Shown here: positions 48,732 to 64,000 of the stretch, piece after piece
Position numbering within the stretch: the stretch's first letter is position 1
How the letters are laid out: each line of letters opens with the position of its first letter
DNA from: the human T2T-CHM13v2.0 reference genome, Homo sapiens
DNA: 64,000 nt
Assembly: GCF_009914755.1 (NCBI RefSeq)
Contig: NC_060931.1
Reading direction: 5' to 3' (one strand)
Notes under the pieces: generated by a model
Databases searched by the model: none
What the model was told of the DNA's origin: nothing
What the model saw: the letters and a program-made list of their open reading frames with translations, nothing else
Translations under genes and position numbers: made by a program

Positions 48732-48949
48732 AACAAGTCCAAGCTACACAGCTAACGGGGAGCAGAGATGAAAATTGAATATACTTTTGCTTCTACCACC
48801 CAGGCTTTTCCCATTCTAACTTGCTACCTCTTAAGCATTATGAGAATAATCTCCTTCTTCTCTGAAATTACTGCCAATTCACTATGAGCACCTGACAGAG
48901 GAAATAAATAAATAAATAAAATTACTGTCAAACCACTTACAGTTAACCA

Positions 48950-49742
48950 CAACCATCAATTTTGCCTTCTAAATACTTGTTAAAACTTTCAGTGTTCTTC
49001 ATACTCAATGCCAACACCCTAGGCCAGTTATCCTCATCTCTCACTCAAATATTTGTTATCGCTCTCTAGTCTCCTTGTATTCATTCTTCTAAATCTTATT
49101 CAAAGCTGAGTGCAGTGGCTCAGTGTAATCCCAGCACTTTGGGAGGTTGAGGCAGGAGGATTGGTTGAGCCCAGGAGTCAGGACTAGTCTGGGCAATATA
49201 GGGAGACCCTGTAACAACTACTCTTCTGAGTGATCTTCTCAAAATGGAAATCTGATCACATTCCTGTTCTATCTAAAACTCCTTACTGGCTTCATGATGT
49301 TCTAGGATTTAGTCCAAAATCCCTAACCTGGCTATAACTCCTTGTGAACATTTTTGCAGCTTCATTTCTTATAACTACCTTTGCAATTTTATCTCCAGTG
49401 GTCCTCCCGGGCACTGTGCTTCAGCCACAGGGCCTCTGAACATGTGATTCCAAATGCCAGAAACATCAGATGTCACGCCAAATCTCTTTTCTCAGTGAAA
49501 CCTTCCCTGATTCCTCTAGACAAGGTCAGTTCTGTCAGTTTTTACTTTTATAACACTTAGTACTTTTTCTTCATAGCACTTAAAGCAGATTATACTTAAT
49601 TATTTTTGTGGTTACTGGATTAAAATTCATCTTTCCTAATAGATTGTTAGCTTCATGAGGACAGGGATAATGTCTATTGAAAAAGCTGGCTTGTGGGCTG
49701 ACACAAAACAGATGCTCAGTAAGTACCTGTTGAATGAATGAA
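48950..49742 (+). mobile_element. L2 3' fragments with an Alu monomer at 49105-49215
   Basis: Ends GCTCAGTAAGTACCTGTTGAATGAATGAA. Confidence 0.65.
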
Positions 49743-49821
49743 CAAACCTTAAGAAGATAAACATAAATGAAAGCAGGGGCTAAGGAGAGATTATGATGGT
49801 CTATGGTTCTGGATTTACTTT

Positions 49822-50752
<931 letters not shown>

Positions 50753-51084
50753 CTTTGATGGCTTTTCTTACACAGAAATAATTGTGGAGAAAAAATAACA
50801 AGCCATTTCAATATTGATTTAAAAACAAGTAGGTATGAATGCTTTAAAAACAAGTAGGTTTTGTTACACAGCTGAAGTACATTAATTTCTGTACAGGAAA
50901 CATACTCCAGGGCAGCTCATGACTGGCTTCGTTTGATTCACACTAACTTCCAAGAAAAGTGAATCACAGACGGTGAGACTGTCCAGATGAGCCACGGGAA
51001 CAGGACAGACTGTAATTCACTTTGTCTTATTGTTGCCTCACACAATTAAATGCTACTTGGTATTGATTACAAAGGAATGGAATG

Positions 51085-51860
51085 TTTCGTTTTTGTTGTT
51101 ATTATTGCTGTTTTTGTTTTTGAGACAGGGTCTCCCTTTATCACGCAGATTGGAATGCAGTGGTGTGAACATGGCTCACTGCAGCCTTGAGCCCCCTCGT
51201 TGGCCCAAGTGATACTCCCACCCCTCCCACCTCAGTCTCCTGAGTAGTTGGGATTACAAGCACACGACACCACACCCAACTAATTTTTGTATTTTTTGTA
51301 GAGATAGGGTTTCGCCATGTAGCCCAGACAGGTCTCTGTGAGGGTTAAAGAAAGAGGAAAGAAATGTGAAAAGCAGCTCAACAGTCAAAGACAGGTTTAT
51401 TTTGGAGGATAAACCTGAGAGGGGTTTCTGGCTGATTTCAGTCCAGAGCACTCTCTCTTACAGACTAAGAGTATTTAAGGGTTTTAGGGCGAGAGAGCTT
51501 ATTACAGGCTTGGAATGTTTCTGTGTGGAGGAGTTTATTGTGGGATTGGAATGTCTCTGGTCGGAGGGGAGGTTATCTCAGGGCTGGCATGTCTCTGGTT
51601 GGGGAGGGGTTTATCTTTGGTTGGAATGTTTCTGGTCAGAGATGTCATTTGTGGTTTATGCTCATGCTGGCATTAGCTATTAGGCTGATACCATTTGGAT
51701 TTAGGCAGTTTTTGATCAAGGGGAACTTTAAAATGGCAGTGCTTATCCAAAATGGCAATGCTCCTGCTCAGTCACTCTCAAACTCCTGGGCTCAAGTGAT
51801 CCATCTGCCTCAGCCTCCCAGAGTGCTGGGATTGCAGGTGTAAGCCACCACACCTAGCCT
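51085..51860 (-). mobile_element. AluJ split by an LTR
   Basis: ...CAGGTCTC | LTR | CTCTCAAACTCCTGGGCTCAAG. Confidence 0.85.
51337..51774 (-). mobile_element. ERV1 solo LTR, LTR19-like
   Basis: Reverse complement starts TGACTGAGCAGGAGCATTGCCATTTTGGA...; TG..CA termini; TSD GTCTC/CTCTC. Confidence 0.7.
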
Positions 51861-52194
51861 AGGAATGGAATGTTTCTATTGTTAATTTCATTGTCAACTG
51901 GAAACTGAAACAGTCTCTCTTGATAGTAATATTTAAAAACATTTCAGAAGCAAGGTATAATCTCTTTAGGGCTTCACCAAGGTGTACCTGGGGAAGAAAA
52001 GAAGAGATACCTCTATCTGAATATTTGAAGCAAAGATACGGGCTGTTTTCTTCTCCTAATATTTGTCTTTTTCTTTGCAAGTTTCCTTTTGCTTTATGAA
52101 ATAGATATTACAGGGGAGATCTACATATCCTCTTTCTCTTCTCCACACAATTTTGTTATTTTGTTAGGGATTTATTTCTACAGAAAAAAAGTTG

Positions 52195-52835
52195 GAGCCA
52201 GGTGTGGTGGCTCACACTTGTAATCCCAGCACTTTGGGAGGCTGAGGCAGGCAGATCACTTGAGCCCAGGAGTTGGAAATCAGCCTGGGCAACATGGTGA
52301 AACTCTGTCTCTACAAAAAATATGAAAATTAGCTGGATGTGGTGGCATGTGCCTGTAGTCCCAGCTACTAGTGAGGCTGAGGTGGGAGAATTGATTGAGC
52401 CCAGGAGGTCAAGGCTTCAGTGAGCTGTGATTGGGCCACTGCACTCCAGCCTGGGCAACAGGGCAAGACCCTGTCTTAAAAAAAAAGAAAGAACAAGAAA
52501 AAAAGTTGCCCTTAGGATTAGCCAATAGGGGCATTTTTAGCAAGGTTTTTTTTTTTTTGTTTTTTGAGATGGAGTCTCACTCTGTTGCCCAGGCTGGAGT
52601 GCAGTCGGCTCACTGCAAGCTCCGCCTCCCCGGTTCAGGCCATTCTCCTGCCTCAGCCTCCCGAGTAGCTGGGACTGCAGGCGCCCACCACCACACCCGC
52701 TAAGTTTTTGTATTTTTAGTAGAGACAGGGTTTCACTGTGTTAGCCAGGATGGTCTCGATCTCCTGACCTCGTGATCTGCCCGCCTTGGCCTCCCAAAGT
52801 GCTGGGATTACAGGCGTGAGCCACCACACTGGCCC
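52195..52835. mobile_element. AluJ (+, 52195-52505) and AluY (-, 52546-52835), tail to tail
   Basis: Alu dimers in opposite orientation. Confidence 0.95.
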
Positions 52836-53642
52836 AGTTTTTTTCAAGAATGTTCTTTTCAGTTTGCTTTCTGCTTGCTTTCCTTCCCCTCTCATCCTTA
52901 TGACTTTATTGAGGACCTAGAGCCTGTGTTCGGGTCCATATCTGGAACTTCTGGAGTCTACAGGCAGCACAGTTCCTGCCTTCAGGAAGCCCATAGTCTG
53001 ATGAGGAAGATGGATATCAGCTTTGCAGTGGTGTTGGGATTTAGGGGATCTTTTCAGACTTACTTTTCAAAAAGTTTTTCTCTTTCCTTTCTGATATCAT
53101 GATGCCTACCCTGAACATTTCTTGTCCTCTTCTGTTTTATGGGCTACCAGAGAGTCCAGAATTGCAGTAAATAAGAGGAAAAGAGGTCTAACTATGAGTT
53201 TTAAGGGTTTTCCTACATGTGAAGTGTTGGGTTTTAGTAATGGGTTTTAGTGTGGGGTCTTATAATAATCATGACTATGAACTTTGTCGCAGACAGTCAT
53301 ACTGGCCGGAATCCTCTAGGTGAGCAGGAGCGTAATTCTTTTTTTTTTTTAATCTTATCTAAAAATGTGTAACATTTTATTCTCCAATGATGTCAAACAA
53401 ATGGGTTATTGCAGGGTAAAGTAACATATAACAAGGAATGCCTATATTTTCCTCTATTAAATATTTTGTACTTTGGCCACTTGCATGGCAGGGGTATTGA
53501 AGGATTAAGTAAGATGATAACAAGAATGCCTGGGACATGGGGCACCAATTTATGGCAGCTATTATCAGAACTGATGCATTTTCTCAGCAACACCTGCTCT
53601 CACTGTGGGCCAGACCAGTGGCTACCTGAAGAATCCTCTGAA

Positions 53643-54247
53643 GCTGGGCGCGGTGGCTGACGCCTGTAATCCCAACACTCTGGGAGGCTGAGGTGGGAGG
53701 ATTGCTTGAGCCTAGGTTTTTGAGGTCAGTTTGGGCAACGTAGTGAGACCCCGTCTCTACCAAAAAAAAAAAAGATACAAATTTAGCTGGGCGTAGTGGC
53801 ACACACCTGTGGTCCCAGCTACTTGGGAGGCTGAGGTAGGAGGATTGCGTGAGCCCAGGAATTTGAGGCTGCAGTGAGCTATGATTGTACCACTGCCCTC
53901 CAACCTGGGCAAAAAAGCGAGACCCTGTCTCTAAATAATTAAATAAATAAATGGAATCCTTTGAGAGGAACTTGTTGCTTCCAGTTTTCAGATTTTTATG
54001 GTTCCTGCTTTACCAGATTTCTGGGTTCATTTGTTTTTCTGTTTGTTTGCAGAGACTGGGTCTGGCTCTGTCCCCAGGCTGGAGTGCAGTGGCCATCAGA
54101 GCTTACTTCAGCCTCAAACTCCTGGGCTCAAACGATCCTTCTGTCTCAGCCTCCTGAGTAGCTGGGACTACAGGCACGCAACACCACACTTGGCTAATTT
54201 TTAAAATATTTTGTAGGGACAGAGTCTCACTATGGTGCCCATGCTGG
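53643..54247. mobile_element. AluJ (+, 53643-53950) and partial AluJ (-, 54030-54247)
   Basis: Alu arms; TSD-like GAATCCT and CAGATTTCTGG. Confidence 0.9.
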
Positions 54248-54339
54248 CAGATTTCTGGTTTTTATCCTTTGAATATACATGCTACACAAATTCAACTAAT
54301 GTCATTGTGAAAAACATGGGAAGAAAAGCTTTGCACCTG

Positions 54340-54888
54340 ATAATATCTCTATGCATTTGCCTTTTCTAGACATTTTATATAGATGGAATCATATAATATG
54401 TGGTCTTTGTGACTGACTTCTTTCATTTAGCATAATGTTTTAAAGGTTTGTTCATGTTTTAACACATTTAGTACTTAAGTCTCCTGTATTGTTGAATAAT
54501 ATTCCATTGTATAGATATACCACATATTGTTTATTTGTTCATCAGCTGATGGACATTTGGGTTGTTTTTACTTTTTGGCTATTACAAATAATACTGCTGT
54601 GAACAAGTTTTTATGTAGACATATGTTTTTATTTCTCTTTGGTGTATACCCAAGGGGTCATATGGTAACTCTAAGTTTACCCTTTTGAGGAACTGCCAGA
54701 CTACGCCATTTTACATTCCCGCCAGCAGTGTAGGAAACTTCCAGTTTCTTCACCTAACCAATATTTGTTATTATGTGTCATTTTAATTTTAGCCACGCTA
54801 TTGGGTGTGAAGTGGCTCTTTGTGGCTTTTTGCATTTCCCTAATAACTACTTTTGCATATCTTTTCATACGTTTATTGGCCATTTTTA
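54340..54888 (-). mobile_element. L1MB-like 3' region
   Basis: GATGGACATTTGGGTTGTTTT; TTGAGGAACTGCCAGACT; TTGCATTTCCCTAATAACTA. Confidence 0.8.
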
Positions 54889-55052
54889 TACAGGCATACA
54901 TTGGAGATATTGGAGGTTTGGTTTTAGACCACTGCAATAAAGCTAATATCACTATAAGTGAGTCACACAATTTTTTTGGTTTCCCAGTACAGATAGAAGT
55001 TATGTTTATATAATACTGCAGTCTATTAAGTGTGCAAATGGCATTATGTCTA

Positions 55053-55598
<546 letters not shown>

Positions 55599-56427
55599 TT
55601 ATGGCCTAAAATGCTAATAATGATCACCTGAGACTTCAGTGAGTCTTAATTTTATTGCTGGTGGAGGGTCTTGCCTTGATGTTGAAGGCTGCTGACTGAT
55701 CAGGGTGATGGTTGCTAAAGGCTGGGTGGCTGTGGAAATTTCTTAAAATAAGACAACAGTGAAGTTCACCACATTGACTCTTTTATGAAAGATTTATCTG
55801 TAGCATGCAATGCTGTGTGTTAGCATATTACCACAATAGAATTTTTTCTTTTTTACTATATTTTAATAACTTTTTGTTCATATTTTTCTTTTAATTTTTT
55901 TTCATACCAGTTAGAAATCCTCAAGAAGGAAGAATTTTTTTTTCTTAATAGGAGTCAGTTCTTTCAAACCTTGCCACTGCTTTATCATGTTGATGGAATA
56001 TTCTAAATCCTTTGTTGTCATTTCAGCAATATTCACAGCACCTTCACCAGGAGTACATTCCTGGTTTCTCAAAACACCACTTTCTTTGCTCATCCATAAG
56101 AAGGAACTGCACATCCATTCAAGTTTGATCATGAGATTGCAGCAATTCAATCACATCTCCAGACTCCATTTCTAATTCTAGTTCTCTTGCTATTTCCACC
56201 ACATCTGCAGTGACTTCCTCACTGGTCTTGAGCCCTTCCAAGTCATCCATGAGCATTGGAATCAACTTATTCCAAACTCCTGTGAATGTTGTCATTTTTA
56301 CTTCCTCCCACAAATGTTCTTAATGGCATCCAGAATGGTGAATCCTTTCCAGAAGGTTTTCAATGTATTTTGCCCAGATCCATCAGAGGAACCATCTACA
56401 ACAGCTACAGCTTTACAAAGTGTATTT

Positions 56428-57044
<617 letters not shown>

Positions 57045-57155
57045 AGTATTTCTTAAATAATAAGACTTGAAATTCAGAATGACTCGTTGATCCATGGGCT
57101 GCAGAATGGATGTTGGGTTCATAAACATAAGACATTAATCTCCTTGTACAGTTCC

Positions 57156-57466
57156 TGTCAGGCCTCTGAGCCCAAGCTAAGCCATCATATCCCCTGTGAC
57201 CTGCACATATATATCCAGATCACCGGAAGCAACTGAAGATCCACAAAAGAAGTGAAAGTAGCCTTAACTGATGACATTCCACCATTGTAATTTGTTTCTG
57301 CCCCACCCTAACTGATCAATGTACTTTGTAATCTCCTCCACCCTTAAGAAGGTTCTTTGTAATTCTCCCCACCCTTGAGAATGTACTTTGTGAGATCCAC
57401 CCTCTGCCCGCAAAACATTGCTCCTAACTCCACCGCCTATCCCAAAACCTATAAGAACTAACGATA
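57156..57466 (+). mobile_element. LTR7B-like (HERV-H) LTR, U3 only
   Basis: TGTCAGGCCTCTGAGCCCAAGCTAAGCCATCATATCCCC...CCCAAAACCTATAAGAACTAA. Confidence 0.9.
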
Positions 57467-58290
<824 letters not shown>

Positions 58291-58299
58291 GTATGTCAC

Positions 58300-59095
58300 C
58301 CAAAGATGACAATTTTTTTGATCCCAGCTAGTTGCAGCTGATATTGAGGTTTCAACGTGGCATATTTTTATACAGACAAAATATCAAACGATTACATTTG
58401 AATTTCCTTTTTTTAAAAAGGACTGAGTCATATACACAAAAGACATTCTCACTATATCCCACCCAATTCCCAAGTCTTGTTCCATCCTACGTTATTTTCC
58501 TTTTGACCAGTTTCAAAAAGGTGCTCCCACTGCTGCCCCTAGTAATAATAAATGAATAATAATGATGATGACTCCATAACCCACAGTAGGGTATCATCAA
58601 TTGCATCTCTGGATCAGAGGCCAGGGTGGCTTGGCAGCAAGCAGCTCAAGAAACTGCATACGAGATGGTGTTCAATGAGAAAAATGCACTGCGCAGTAAT
58701 TAATGTAACAGTCGCATCTAGTTGGGATGGCAGAAAATTTGCTCATGAAGGCCATTTGTTCCACTTTGACAGAGTCAGTCAAATAAAATCATGTATTGTT
58801 GGCTCAAGCATGCTTTACAGGGCTGTAAAGTCAGTTCATTCTGGCCCAGGGAAAAGTCCACCTGCGGTGAATGAAGATCCTCATGGAAGTCATATTGCTC
58901 AAATTTTTGCTGTAGTTCATGCTGATGTAAATGTTGAGCAGGGAAATCCTTGAAGCTCCATGTGTATTTTCCAGTGATACTTGAGAGGCAGTGAAAAGAA
59001 ATTTGCCAAACAGTGAAGCAATGAAAGCGTAATCTCACACGGGGAGGCCAAGACCATCGTCAGGTCCAGCAGAACCACAGACTGAACCTCAGTGG
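58300..59095 (-). pseudogene. Unidentified decayed coding-like segment (possible processed pseudogene)
   Basis: Non-repeat-like; minus-strand frame with few stops, several N-X-S/T sequons and a hydrophobic stretch; parent not recognised. Confidence 0.3.
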
Positions 59096-59104
59096 TGATT
59101 CTAG

Positions 59105-60620
<1,516 letters not shown>

Positions 60621-60687
60621 TAAAAAATGCATACGTATATATTCATAAATGTGCCCCTAACATTTATACGTCCTGGGCCAAATGTAA

Positions 60688-61016
<329 letters not shown>

Positions 61017-61521
61017 ATGAGAGTTGTATTTCAAATGACTAAATATTTACAAGATATAAATCAAACTGACAAACTGTGAAGTGAAATATATTCTATTCCC
61101 CTACTTTGACAGATCTACCTTCACAATGTCAAAATTGAAAAATACATTCATAGTCATGTTTTTCTGTGATTGACATTTGGAAAAATATCAAAGATTACAG
61201 AATTTCTTTATTATTGGGCATGTCTGGGTGTTCTGTTGATGGACTGGTGTTTTCACATGAGTGGTAAATTCAAAATTATTATATATTTATTCCATAAAGT
61301 TATTTTTCTTTATTTTATTTTATCTAAATCATTAATTTTGTTATCATCAAGATTTTGACATAATTTGTCTTCTATCAACAGTAAGTATCTAAAGAAAAAT
61401 AAGATGTAGCTATAGTCAAATGAACAAAATTTGAATATATTTTAATCAAAAGTTCCATATGTGTTATCCAAGTTATTCATCTTCTAACACATTCAATATC
61501 ACCTATCAAAATTTAAAAGCT

Positions 61522-61836
<315 letters not shown>

Positions 61837-61845
61837 AGTCAATTG

Positions 61846-63093
<1,248 letters not shown>

Positions 63094-63230
63094 TAAACAT
63101 CAAATATTGAAAATAAATTATTTAGGGCCGGGCACAGTGGCTCACGCCTTTAACTACTGATACACTGTTGTGTGTTCAAACTGTGTTCACATAAGGCAAA
63201 CGCCAAGCTGTAACCAATTCAGCTGTTTCT

Positions 63231-63526
<296 letters not shown>

Positions 63527-63751
63527 AATTCAGCTGTTTCTGTACAATTGCTTGAACCTGGGAGGTGGAGGTTGCAGTGAGCTGGGATCGCACCACTGCA
63601 CTCCAGCCTGGGTGAGAAGGGCAAAACTCTTGAGTCACTGCTCCAGCTACTCCTACCCTGTCTCAAAAAATTTTTTTGTGTCTCAAAAAAAAAAAAAAGA
63701 AGTACAGAGTCCTCAGGCCATGTTTAGTTTGCTTTAACAATATAGAAATCA

Positions 63752-64000
63752 GGCCAGGCGCGGTGACTCACACCTGTAATCCCAGCACTTTGGGAGGCCG
63801 AGACGGGCGGATCACGAGGTCAGGAGACCGAGACCATCCTGGCTAACACGGTGAAACCCCATCTCTACTAAAAAATACAAAAAATTAGCCGGGCGCGGTG
63901 GCGGGTGCCTGTAGTCCCAGCTACTCGGGGGGAGGGGGGGAGGCGGGGCGCTGAGGCAGGAGAATGGTGCGAACCCGGGAGGCAGAGCTTGCAGTGAGCC
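63752..64000 (+). mobile_element. AluY running off the window end, with a G-rich expansion
   Basis: AluY diagnostics; G-run insertion at 63927-63950. Confidence 0.95.

Noticed and set aside
53300-53330. Donor-like CTAG|GTGAGC in unique DNA
   Set aside because: No supporting open frame or matching acceptor could be established from sequence alone
58552-58953. 133-aa + strand ORF as a real protein
   Set aside because: No recognisable domain; it looks like the antisense shadow of the minus-strand frame

Overview
Repeat-saturated hominid (human or great-ape) genomic DNA. I counted about 80 Alu-derived segments by eye, and nearly all ORFs in the supplied track are Alu, SVA or ERV translations. 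I see no intact protein-coding gene, RNA gene or CRISPR array. The main landmarks are: a decayed HERVH48 (HERV-Fb-like, MER48 LTR) provirus at ~29.7-36.3 kb lacking its 5' LTR, most of capsid and most of env SU; a MER4-group ERV remnant at 41.3-46.1 kb; a full-length SVA with a target-site duplication (TSD) at 46.9-48.7 kb; a Tigger1 remnant; several solo or truncated LTRs (THE1, MLT2A2, MST, MLT1, MER4A, LTR19-like, LTR7B); and an RPL23 processed pseudogene at 61.8-62.3 kb. I found no convincing new multi-gene system. The best leads are mechanistic scars: directional G-to-A changes through the provirus, a ~75-bp patch in env apparently copied from a neighbouring Alu, a probable Alu-recombination deletion that truncates LTR7B, twin-primed L1s, an orphan poly(A) insert, and an unidentified coding-like segment at ~58.3-59.1 kb. 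Repeat family names come from recalled consensus sequences, not from a database search, and boundaries of old repeats are approximate.
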